This document shows positions 15,024 through 22,772 of a stretch of DNA of 34,873 bases, one piece after another. The stretch spans positions 1-34,873 of the forward strand of contig CAYMMR010000002.1 in NCBI GenBank assembly GCA_964391545.1. Reading direction: 5' to 3'. The stretch comes from an uncultured Nitrospinota bacterium (GTDB lineage Bacteria; Nitrospinota; Nitrospinia; UBA9942). The position numbers and the translations under genes are program-made. The notes beneath the pieces were generated by a model that had not been told where the DNA came from, ran no database searches, and saw only the letters and a list, made by a program, of their open reading frames with translations. Positions within the stretch are counted from its first letter, which is position 1; each line of letters begins with the position of its first letter.

Positions 15024-15287
15024 ATGCCGACTATAAGCAGTGTGCAAAATATCATTACAGCCTACAGCCAGCAATTGAAGTTTAAAGAGAGGCTCGCATC
15101 CGCTAAAAAAATCGAGACACAGCAAACTCAAAAAGACAGCGTAACCATCTCTACTGATGCGAGGAGGCTGTTTGAAGAAGCTATGGCTTTAAAACATAGT
15201 CCGGTTGAAAGCGAAAACCATGCAGGTGCCGAAAAAGCCAATGATAACGATACCGACGGAGATTCGGAGACAACACACCATGAATAA
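15024..15287 (+). CDS. small acidic protein (weak FlgM-like DSVTISTDARRL motif)
   Basis: 87-aa ORF with GAGG 9 nt upstream and an acidic tail DNDTDGDSETTHHE. It lacks the C-terminal sigma28-binding helices expected of FlgM. Confidence 0.35.
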   Translation: MPTISSVQNIITAYSQQLKFKERLASAKKIETQQTQKDSVTISTDARRLFEEAMALKHSPVESENHAGAEKANDNDTDGDSETTHHE

Positions 15288-15899
15288 TTATTTCTTCTGC
15301 TCTTCTGCCGGCTGTTTTGGAGGCTTTTTCTTGACAATCTGCTCGCTGATTCGAACTGCCGTTGCGGGATTTATATTGCTCAATATCTTTGCGGCGCTCT
15401 TGCCTTTCATCCTCGACAATATCTGTATGGTAATATCCCTATCGAGTTTTTCGATCTGTGCGGCGGCTTCGGCAGGAGGCATAGTGCTGTAAACCTTTAC
15501 AAGATGGTTAATGCTCTTTTCTTCCAAATCCTTTCTCAATGTTATTAATTTTTCTATATCCGACTTAATGGCTGCCAGTTCATTCAGCTTCTGCTGGATG
15601 CTCTGCTGAATCATATTTAACTGTTCTTCTTTTAGTTTAATCTCGTTCTCCTTTTTTGCCAGTTCCTCTCTCTTCTTTTCGAAAGACTTCAACAACTCAA
15701 GGTCAATCTCGGACTGTGCCTCTGTCTTGTTCTCCGATGCAGGCTGTTCCTGGCTTTTTTCCGCAGAAGGGGCTTCGGCCTTCTGCTGTGCATAGGATGG
15801 AGAAACAAGGGGTATCTCCTTTCCATACCAAAGGAGAGTCAGTCCCGCCTTTAGCGATATAACCGCTATAAAAATTATTCCGATTTTTTTATTCAGCAT
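15288..15899 (-). CDS. MotE/YlxF-like flagellar protein (MgtE-N-like domain)
   Basis: N-terminal membrane anchor IGIIFIAVISLKAGLTLLW, a coiled coil, then VYSTMPPAEAAAQIEKLDRDITIQILSRMKGKSAAKILSNINPATA. It lies downstream of fliJ as in Bacillus ylxF. It overlaps fliJ by 11 nt. Confidence 0.7.
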   Translation of the reverse strand: MLNKKIGIIFIAVISLKAGLTLLWYGKEIPLVSPSYAQQKAEAPSAEKSQEQPASENKTEAQSEIDLELLKSFEKKREELAKKENEIKLKEEQLNMIQQSIQQKLNELAAIKSDIEKLITLRKDLEEKSINHLVKVYSTMPPAEAAAQIEKLDRDITIQILSRMKGKSAAKILSNINPATAVRISEQIVKKKPPKQPAEEQKK

Positions 15900-16353
15900 A
15901 TCTTTCTCTCGAAAATCTGTTTACTGCTATTTCGTCGAGGAATCTCTGCTCTTTAATATCGATTTCTTTTTTATATTCAGCCAGCCCTCTCTCTTTAACG
16001 ACCTCCAATATTTTCCTGTTCTTCATGGCTTCGATTACTTCCGTCAGTTTCCTGTCAACCATTACTTGACGCTCCTTAATGACCTGCCTCTGATTATTTA
16101 TCCTGACTTCCAATCCATCGAGATAGCTGAAGTATAACTTAACATCCTCGATATTCAAAAATGAAGCAGCGCCGTTACCGCCTCTCTGCACCATGCCTAA
16201 CTCTTTTATATGGCTGTCCCTCTCATCTTCCATTGTTTTAAGCTTATCCTCTTCGGCTGACAACTGTCTTTTAAGCCCGGATAACTCTTTAAGCAGATTA
16301 TCCTCGATTGTCTTCCTGTAATTCAAAACCGGTTCGAGTCTGAAATTAAACAT
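15889..16353 (-). CDS. fliJ: flagellar export chaperone FliJ
   Basis: MFNFRLEPVLNYRKTIEDNLLKELSGL N-terminus, coiled coil, position after fliI. Confidence 0.8.
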   Translation of the reverse strand: MFNFRLEPVLNYRKTIEDNLLKELSGLKRQLSAEEDKLKTMEDERDSHIKELGMVQRGGNGAASFLNIEDVKLYFSYLDGLEVRINNQRQVIKERQVMVDRKLTEVIEAMKNRKILEVVKERGLAEYKKEIDIKEQRFLDEIAVNRFSRERYAE

Positions 16354-16359
16354 ACATTT

Positions 16360-16435
16360 AAAAGGTAAAGAGGCGAAAAGGTAAATAGGTTAATAGGCAA
16401 GCCTTTTTACCTTTTAACCTCTTAGCCTTTTAGCC
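16360..16435. repeat. periodic-arm hairpin, 8-nt units: (AAAAGGTA/AAGAGGCG/AATAGGTT/AATAGGCA)x5 abutting (CCTTTTTA/CCTTTTAA/CCTCTTAG/CCTTTTAG)x4
   Basis: Between the fliI stop and the fliJ start. The right arm overlaps the fliI stop codon (16430). Confidence 0.9.
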
Positions 16436-17752
16436 TGTAAATAGGGATTTTAATGATTCGATACTCTCGTTAAAATCCGCTCTCTCCTCTATCCCCTGGA
16501 TAAGGTATTTATTTATCCTGTCTACCATATTTACGGCATAATCGATTTTAGGATTGCTGCCCTTTACATAAGCTCCGATATTTATAAGGTCTTCCGCTTC
16601 TTTATATGTGGCAATAATCTCCTTAATCTTATGCGCAAGATTCATCTGCTCTTTTGATACTATATCTATCATCACCCTGCTTACGCTGTTCATTATGTCT
16701 ATTGCAGGATAATGGTTATGGGCAGCAAGACTCCTCGATAAAATAATATGCCCGTCGAGTATCGCCCTCGTGGAATCCGCTATAGGCTCGCTTAAATCAT
16801 CCCCTTCTACAAGAACCGCATAGAGACCCGTAATGCTTCCTCTATCCGATGCAGTCCCTGCCCGCTCTAAAAGCTTTGGAAGAGTTGCAAAAACAGAAGG
16901 CGTATATCCCTTTGTCGTAGGCGGCTCTCCTATGGCAAGTCCAACCTCTCTTTGCGCCATGGCAAAGCGTGTTACAGAATCCATCATCAAAATCACATCC
17001 ATCCCCTTTTCTCTGAAATATTCCGCAACGGCAGTGGCAATAAAGGCTCCGCGCATCCTTATAAGCGGCGGCTGGTCGGATGTAGCCGCAACTATCACCG
17101 ACCTCTTCAACCCCTCTTCCCCAAGATTCTTCTCTATAAAATCCTTTACCTCTCTTCCCCTCTCTCCGATAAGGGCGATGACATTCACATCCGCATTTGT
17201 ATTCCTCGCTATCATACCCATGGTAACGCTCTTTCCGACTCCTGTTCCCGCAAGTATGCCCAGCCTTTGTCCTTTGCCGCAGGTAAGAATGCCGTTGATT
17301 GCCCTTATGCCGAGGTCGAGAGGCTCGCTTATCCTTTTCCTCTTGAGAGGATTAATAGGAGCGGCATATAAGGGCTGCTCGATTCCTGTTCGAATCCGAC
17401 CCTTTTCATCGATAGGATTTCCAAGCCCGTCTATTACTCTTCCCAGCAATTCATCGGATACCTTTATGCTCGCCCTTTCTCTCCTTGCAACAATCAGATT
17501 TTCCGGTCCTATCCCTCTTGTATCTCCGAGAGGCATAAGAAGAATACTTTTGTCCCTGAACCCCACCACCTCTGCGCCTATAGGCTGGAGTTTCCCCTTT
17601 GGATATATATCGCAGAGCCCCCCGATAGATGAATCCGGACCGTTTCCCTCAACTACCAGTCCAACCACCCGTATTACCTTCCCGTTAATTTTTATGGGAT
17701 TAGTCTCTTTCAAGGCATGATGATACTTTTTAAAATCGATGGATGGAAACAT
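16430..17752 (-). CDS. fliI: flagellum-specific ATPase FliI
   Basis: Walker A GILAGTGVGKSV, Walker B DVILMMDSVTRFA, about 440 aa, fliH-fliI-fliJ synteny. Confidence 0.95.
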   Translation of the reverse strand: MFPSIDFKKYHHALKETNPIKINGKVIRVVGLVVEGNGPDSSIGGLCDIYPKGKLQPIGAEVVGFRDKSILLMPLGDTRGIGPENLIVARRERASIKVSDELLGRVIDGLGNPIDEKGRIRTGIEQPLYAAPINPLKRKRISEPLDLGIRAINGILTCGKGQRLGILAGTGVGKSVTMGMIARNTNADVNVIALIGERGREVKDFIEKNLGEEGLKRSVIVAATSDQPPLIRMRGAFIATAVAEYFREKGMDVILMMDSVTRFAMAQREVGLAIGEPPTTKGYTPSVFATLPKLLERAGTASDRGSITGLYAVLVEGDDLSEPIADSTRAILDGHIILSRSLAAHNHYPAIDIMNSVSRVMIDIVSKEQMNLAHKIKEIIATYKEAEDLINIGAYVKGSNPKIDYAVNMVDRINKYLIQGIEERADFNESIESLKSLFTG

Positions 17753-17757
17753 AAAAA

Positions 17758-17816
17758 GTTAAGAGTGAAGAGTGAAGAATTAAGAGTTAAGAGTTTTTCA
17801 TTCTTAACTCTTCACT
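17758..17816. repeat. periodic-arm hairpin, 7-nt units: GTTAAGA GTGAAGA GTGAAGA ATTAAGA GTTAAGA - TTTTTCA - TCTTAAC TCTTCAC
   Basis: Between the fliI start (17752) and fliH. The right arm encodes the last codons and the stop of fliH. Confidence 0.9.
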
Positions 17817-18544
17817 GCTTTCAGTGAGTGTTTTATCTCTTCTATCTGATGACCTATCCTTGCATCTATATTGCCGAAATTAGTCTCGACCGTGCACCCC
17901 CCTCTTTCTATCGAAGGGTCGCCGTCTACGGTTACATTTTTAAGTCCGTTAAACGAGCTAAGAATATCGGTTTTTATCTTTCTTGCCTCTTCCAAATCTT
18001 CGGGGTTTACCTTTATGGCAATTTCTTCTTTTCCGGTTATGCCGGCAACCGCCGCCTTTATAGTATTCAAAACCATCTCCTTATCCGAAGCAATTTCCCG
18101 GTGTATAACCTTTTCTGAGACTGCAAGAATAAGCTCTAACATCTCCGATTCCATTGTCTTATATATATTCTCTTTTAATCCGCTCACCTCGGTTAATATC
18201 TTTTTAACGGTTTCGACAACCGGAGAAACCGTTTTTCTCCCCTCTTCGATAGCTATCCTTTTTCCCTCTTCAAATCCCTTTTCATAAGCCTCTTTTTCGA
18301 TCCTCTCTGCCTTAAGTTTTGCCTCTTTTAAATATTTTTCGCCCTCTTTTTTTGCCTCTGCCTCTTTATCTTCCCTTTGAGCCGCAAAGCCGAACCCCCC
18401 CCTGCTGAAATCGCTCTTTTTCTTCTGCTGCTCCATTTTTTCGAATGAGGGTTCCTCTTTTTTCTCCTTGCGGACATATTTCATCTTTTCGATATCCGCA
18501 AATTGAAAAGGCTTAATATCATCTTTCCTCAATTTTAATACCAT
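17804..18544 (-). CDS. fliH: flagellar assembly protein FliH
   Basis: E/K-rich coiled coil plus C-terminal SIERGGCTVETNFGNIDARIGHQIEEI. Confidence 0.85.
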   Translation of the reverse strand: MVLKLRKDDIKPFQFADIEKMKYVRKEKKEEPSFEKMEQQKKKSDFSRGGFGFAAQREDKEAEAKKEGEKYLKEAKLKAERIEKEAYEKGFEEGKRIAIEEGRKTVSPVVETVKKILTEVSGLKENIYKTMESEMLELILAVSEKVIHREIASDKEMVLNTIKAAVAGITGKEEIAIKVNPEDLEEARKIKTDILSSFNGLKNVTVDGDPSIERGGCTVETNFGNIDARIGHQIEEIKHSLKAVKS

Positions 18545-18552
18545 AAGCTATT

Positions 18553-18620
18553 AATTCCTAATTTCCAATTTCCAATAAAAAAAATAAAATTCCTCAATTG
18601 GTAATTGGTAATTGAAAATT
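18553..18620. repeat. periodic-arm hairpin, 7-nt units: AATTCCT AATTTCC AATTTCC - 18-nt A-rich spacer - CAATTGG TAATTGG TAATTGA
   Basis: Fills the fliG stop (18623) to fliH start (18544) gap. Confidence 0.9.
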
Positions 18621-18622
18621 TT

Positions 18623-19633
18623 CTATACAAGTTCCTCCCCTGCCCCTCCTATAACTATCTTGCCCTCTTCTTCTAATTTTTTGGCAACCTTTAAGATATT
18701 CTGCTGCGCCTTTTCCACTTCGCTGAGCCTTTGTGGCCCCATAGCTTCAAGATCTTCCTTCATCATCGTTGCAGCCCTCTCCGACATATTGGCGAATATC
18801 TTCGCCTTAAGAGACTCGCTGGCTGTTTTCAAAGCTATAAGCAGGTCCTGACTGCTCACATCTTTCAATATTGTCTGCATCCCCCTGTCGTCAACCTTTA
18901 TAAGGTCTTCGAATACAAACATCAGCTTCCTTATTTCCTCTGCCAGATCGGGATTGCTGCCCTCTATCTCCGAGATAATTCTGGCTTCTGTAGTATGGTC
19001 TAACTGGTTCAGTATTTCAGCCACAGACTTAACCCCTCCTATCTTGCTCCCCTCTACAGCGCCCGCGCTTCTAAACTCCGCTGCCAGCGCCTCGTCCAGC
19101 TCTTTTATCACGCCGGGCGGTATACGCTCCAGAACCGCCATCCTGAATGTTACTTCCGACTGAAATTTTTCCGGCAATTCCTTTAAGACTGCGCCTGCGT
19201 GAGTCGCTTCAAGATGTGCAAGAATAATGGCACAGGTCTGGGGATGCTCGTTTCTCATAAAATTTGCTATGGTCTTGGCATCGAGGATACGAATGGCATC
19301 GAGGCCGCCGCCGCTTTCCTCTTCGCCTGTAAATGCCATCCTTTCCATCAACTCCTGCACCCTCCACGGCTCGAGCGCCTTCTCGAGAACCTTCTTTACA
19401 TAGTCCCTGCCTCCGACTACCAGTCCGCCCTCGCCCGAAGATATCTCTTTATAAAACTCCTCAGATACATTATCTATGGCATCGGAGCTGACGCTCGCAG
19501 CCCTGGTCATATAATTCCCTATCAACTGGATGTCCTTATCGTCAAGATTCTTTAGAACCTGTGACGCCAGCTCGTCGCCCAGAGATATTAAAAGCACTGC
19601 CGCCTTTTCAGGACCAGTAAGTTTTTCAGCCAT
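18623..19633 (-). CDS. fliG: flagellar motor switch protein FliG
   Basis: KAAVLLISLGDELASQVLKNL, EIRKLMFVFEDL, MSERAATMMKEDLE. Confidence 0.95.
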   Translation of the reverse strand: MAEKLTGPEKAAVLLISLGDELASQVLKNLDDKDIQLIGNYMTRAASVSSDAIDNVSEEFYKEISSGEGGLVVGGRDYVKKVLEKALEPWRVQELMERMAFTGEEESGGGLDAIRILDAKTIANFMRNEHPQTCAIILAHLEATHAGAVLKELPEKFQSEVTFRMAVLERIPPGVIKELDEALAAEFRSAGAVEGSKIGGVKSVAEILNQLDHTTEARIISEIEGSNPDLAEEIRKLMFVFEDLIKVDDRGMQTILKDVSSQDLLIALKTASESLKAKIFANMSERAATMMKEDLEAMGPQRLSEVEKAQQNILKVAKKLEEEGKIVIGGAGEELV

Positions 19634-21235
19634 TTATTTTCTCTCCCTCAACCATTTTCTCAAGAGTTCCGCAGCCCTGTCAGGATGCTCGGTCGTGAAC
19701 TCATGAACCCTATTTCTGAACTCTTCCTTTGTAACCTTTGGAGGCGTAGGCATCTCGGCCATTGCAGCCTCCAATTCAGCCACTGTCTTAGGTATTTCGG
19801 CCGGAGCCATCTCAGCGCCGATTCTGGTCAGCCACTGCAGCAGCGGTCTTATTACAAATATGAAAGACAGGGCTGCCACAACTCCTATCAACGAATATTT
19901 TATCACAGAGAGCCAGAACTGTCTACGAGCCTCAGCCTGCATCTCTCTCTTCTCCGCCATTATGTCTATTGCTTCAAAGGGGATATTCGTTACCTCGACT
20001 CTGTCTCCACGCTCCTGATTGAACCCTATGGCTGTCTTGACAATATCCTCATACTTTTTCATGTCTTCCTGGTTTCTCTGTATATACTTCCTTCCCTCTT
20101 CGCCCTTTTCCCCCTTCGTCTCCTCATAAGAGCCGTCAACCATAACAGCCACGGATAATCTTTTTAATTTGCCGACCGGCTCGATTACCTTTCTCACTAC
20201 TTTATTTATCTCATAATTTATTGTCTCGCTTGTCTTTTGAGCCCTTGGCGGAGTTCCGGCAGTCTGCATCATGGGTATGGCGCCTGGTATATTGGATTGA
20301 ACCCCCGGTATGCCGCTCGGCAGCCCTGCACCCTGAGAACTCTCCTCTGTCCTCTGTTCGCTCCTCGCCACCTGGCTGTCGGGGTCATAGTTTTCCTCCA
20401 TCCTCTCCACCTGTGAAAAATCCATATCCGTCGTTACCCTGACAATAGCCTTATTTCTTCCGAGAACATCTTCGAGCATCGTCTGCACACGGGACTCTAA
20501 TATCTTTTCAATGTTCTGCTGGTATTCCATCTGCGATGTAGTCATTTTGGCCGCCGGAGAAGCATCTCTTCCGCCGGATAAAATATTTCCGTGCATATCC
20601 ACTACGGTTATATCGGCGGCATCGAGCCCTTCGATAGAACTCGCAACCAGATGGACAATGCCCTGAACCTGATTCTCCTTAAGCCTCTTGCCTGCCCTCA
20701 ATTTCAAAATTACGGAGGCAGTGGTTTTTTTCTGGTCTTCTTTAAATAAAACCTTTTCCGGAATAACTATATGAACCCTCGACTGCTCGACCTCCGCAAA
20801 CTGGTTTATAGTCCTCGCAAGCTCTCCCTGGAGGGCCCTTTGATAATTCAGCTTTTGAACGAACTCCGTCATGCCAAAAGAGGTCTTATCGAAGATTTCA
20901 AATCCTACGCCGCTGCCCTGCGGCAATCCTTCGCCTGCCAATTGAAGCCTAAGCTCATAAACATCCTTAGACGGAACCATTATCGAGTCGCCGCCTGCCG
21001 ATATTTTATAAGGGGTTCTCTTTTCCTTAAGTTTTGTAACGATAGCGGATGCATCTTCGGAGGAAAGATTCGAATATAGGAGCTGAAATTCTTCGTTCCT
21101 TGCCCAAAATACCATTACAATAAAAATAGTCATTATAACTCCGCCGGCAGCAATTATAGCGACCCTTCTTCCGGGCGGAATCTTTTTAAATGTATCCTGA
21201 AGCTGCTCTAAAAACCTCTTCGAAAATTCAGCCAT
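19634..21235 (-). CDS. fliF: flagellar M-ring protein FliF
   Basis: LYSNLSSEDASAIVTKLKEKRTPYKISAGGDSIMVP and the YscJ/FliF fold. Start trimmed to MAEFSKRF (nt 21235, GGGGGTG SD), because the upstream 21 codons (MGHGSSFYLSLAPCPSV) are encoded by the heptamer hairpin. Confidence 0.9.
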   Translation of the reverse strand: MAEFSKRFLEQLQDTFKKIPPGRRVAIIAAGGVIMTIFIVMVFWARNEEFQLLYSNLSSEDASAIVTKLKEKRTPYKISAGGDSIMVPSKDVYELRLQLAGEGLPQGSGVGFEIFDKTSFGMTEFVQKLNYQRALQGELARTINQFAEVEQSRVHIVIPEKVLFKEDQKKTTASVILKLRAGKRLKENQVQGIVHLVASSIEGLDAADITVVDMHGNILSGGRDASPAAKMTTSQMEYQQNIEKILESRVQTMLEDVLGRNKAIVRVTTDMDFSQVERMEENYDPDSQVARSEQRTEESSQGAGLPSGIPGVQSNIPGAIPMMQTAGTPPRAQKTSETINYEINKVVRKVIEPVGKLKRLSVAVMVDGSYEETKGEKGEEGRKYIQRNQEDMKKYEDIVKTAIGFNQERGDRVEVTNIPFEAIDIMAEKREMQAEARRQFWLSVIKYSLIGVVAALSFIFVIRPLLQWLTRIGAEMAPAEIPKTVAELEAAMAEMPTPPKVTKEEFRNRVHEFTTEHPDRAAELLRKWLRERK

Positions 21236-21253
21236 AACACCCCCACTTACAGA

Positions 21254-21317
21254 GGGACAAGGGGCAAGGGACAAGTAAAAACTTGACCCATGACCCATGA
21301 CCCATGACCCATGACCC
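21254..21317. repeat. GGGGCAA/CATGACC-subfamily hairpin: GGGACAAGGGGCAAGGGACAAG - TAAAAA - CTTGACC(CATGACC)x4C
   Basis: Fills the fliE stop (21324) to fliF start (21235) gap. Confidence 0.92.
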
Positions 21318-21323
21318 TATTTT

Positions 21324-21632
21324 TTACACCTGCATCCTCATCACTTCCTGATATGCCTCTATCATCTTGTTTTTAACCTGCATCATCATACGAAATGATA
21401 CGCTTGCCTTTTCCATAGCTATCATTACATCGTGAATATTCTCAGCCCTTCCAAGCGCCAAATCCTTTGCAGCCTTATCGGCTTCGTTCTGAAGCCTGTT
21501 CACCTCTGTTATTGATTCTTTAAGGACTTCGCCAAATGCCTTTTCCGGTTTTTCGGTATTAAGCCCTCCTTTTCCATTAAGAGAAGGAATTGAAATACCG
21601 CTTGTATTATTAACTCTTAACTCATAACTCAT
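21324..21632 (-). CDS. fliE: flagellar hook-basal body protein FliE
   Basis: FGEVLKESITEVNRLQNEADKAAKDLALGRAENIHDVMIAMEKASVSFRMMMQVKNKMIEAYQEVMRMQV. Confidence 0.9.
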   Translation of the reverse strand: MSYELRVNNTSGISIPSLNGKGGLNTEKPEKAFGEVLKESITEVNRLQNEADKAAKDLALGRAENIHDVMIAMEKASVSFRMMMQVKNKMIEAYQEVMRMQV

Positions 21633-21648
21633 AAACTAACTTCTTGAA

Positions 21649-21794
21649 CTGTAACAACTTTTTTCTGAACGACTTTTCCCGGTGGATTATAGAAACTTTT
21701 CCTTACACCGCATTTTTCTTTTGAACCATAGTTTAATAATTTTAAAAAAGAATAAAAGAAAAATTAACGGAAGTGAAGAAAAAGGTTGTTGCAG
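21649..21794 (+). repeat. long-hairpin element copy B (146 nt, carries a ~35-nt extra segment in the left arm)
   Basis: CTGTAACAAC..CTGAACGAC..[CCCGGTGGATTATAGAAACTTTTCCTTACACCGCA]..TAACGGAAGTGAAGAAAAAGGTTGTTGCAG. Fills the flgC stop (21795) to fliE start (21632) gap. Confidence 0.9.
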
Positions 21795-22232
21795 TCACCT
21801 CCCTCCAATATCGAGCGCCCTCTGTGCCATAGACTTGGAATTGCTTATGGCAGTTACATTCGCCTCATAAGCCCTCGTTGCGGATAGCATATCCACCATC
21901 TCTTCCATAAGATTCACATTAGGCATTGCAACATAACCATCCGAATTCGCATCAGGATGACTTGGGTCGAATATCATTTTAGGCTCCTTATTATCTTCGA
22001 CTATATCCGTAACCTTAACCTCTCTTATATTATTTGCCATCCGGGATTTCAACACCTCATCAAACCCGCCTGCCGGGGTTGCCGTAAAAACCGGGCTCTT
22101 TTTCTTATATGGTCCGCCTTCCGGAGTTCTCGTAGTATTTACATTCGCAAGATTGCTCGATATAACATCCATTCTTGTCCTCTGGGCAGTAAGCCCTGAG
22201 GCGCTGACTTTTAATGATGTAAACAAATCCAT
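21795..22232 (-). CDS. flgC: flagellar basal-body rod protein FlgC
   Basis: MDLFTSLKVSASGLTAQRTRMDVISSNLANVNTTRT. Start trimmed to nt 22232 (GGGGGG SD), because the upstream 15 codons are repeat-encoded. Confidence 0.9.
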   Translation of the reverse strand: MDLFTSLKVSASGLTAQRTRMDVISSNLANVNTTRTPEGGPYKKKSPVFTATPAGGFDEVLKSRMANNIREVKVTDIVEDNKEPKMIFDPSHPDANSDGYVAMPNVNLMEEMVDMLSATRAYEANVTAISNSKSMAQRALDIGGR

Positions 22233-22249
22233 AAACCCCCCAATAAAAA

Positions 22250-22317
22250 GGGTCAAGAAGCAAGGGGCAAGGGGCAATCAAAAACAAACTTGACCCTTGC
22301 TACATGACCCTTGACCC
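22250..22317. repeat. GGGGCAA/CATGACC-subfamily hairpin (degenerate copy)
   Basis: GGGTCAAGAAGCAAGGGGCAAGGGGCAA - TCAAAAACAAA - CTTGACCCTTGCTACATGACCCTTGACCC. Fills the flgB stop to flgC start gap. Confidence 0.88.
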
Positions 22318-22325
22318 TGTTAAAT

Positions 22326-22745
22326 TTATTTGCTTCCTCCCTGGTCAATTGCATATTTCAAACCTTCAAATTTCTTTAACACAAGCTGGGCAACGGCATT
22401 ATACATAATAGTATTCTCCGCCATCTTGGTAACCTCTTTATCTATATTCACATTATTTCCATCTATACCGGGCGGCGCATTGTCAATAATAACTTCGGGA
22501 CTCACCCTCTCGATTTCCCTTAAACCTGCAGGCAGATGCCTCTCGTGGGTCTTCATTAATCCCTTACCCGATTCGCTGTCTACCACAGCCCTCAACTGCT
22601 CCTCGAAAGAAATATCGCTCGATTTATAATTCGGCGTGTTAATATTGGCAATATTCGATGAGATAAGATTATGTCTCTCGGACCTGAAATCGAGAACCTT
22701 CTTATAAATATCTATACTCCCGCCAGAAAGTTTTAATATATCCAT
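22326..22745 (-). CDS. flgB: flagellar basal-body rod protein FlgB
   Basis: RHNLISSNIANINTPNYKS motif. First gene after a sigma54-type promoter. Confidence 0.9.
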   Translation of the reverse strand: MDILKLSGGSIDIYKKVLDFRSERHNLISSNIANINTPNYKSSDISFEEQLRAVVDSESGKGLMKTHERHLPAGLREIERVSPEVIIDNAPPGIDGNNVNIDKEVTKMAENTIMYNAVAQLVLKKFEGLKYAIDQGGSK

Positions 22746-22772
22746 AAAATCTCCTTTGCGATTATATGTATA

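Noticed and set aside
15024-15287. Annotating the 87-aa acidic ORF as the anti-sigma-28 factor FlgM
   Set aside because: Only a short DSVTISTDARRL stretch resembles FlgM. The C-terminal helices that bind sigma28 are missing. It is kept as a low-confidence hypothetical CDS without a gene symbol.
16833-17720. 295-aa plus-strand ORF (and the nested 139-aa ORF 16952-17371)
   Set aside because: It lies entirely antisense to the strongly conserved fliI ATPase gene. The product is Ser/Pro-rich low complexity with no motif, so it is a shadow ORF.
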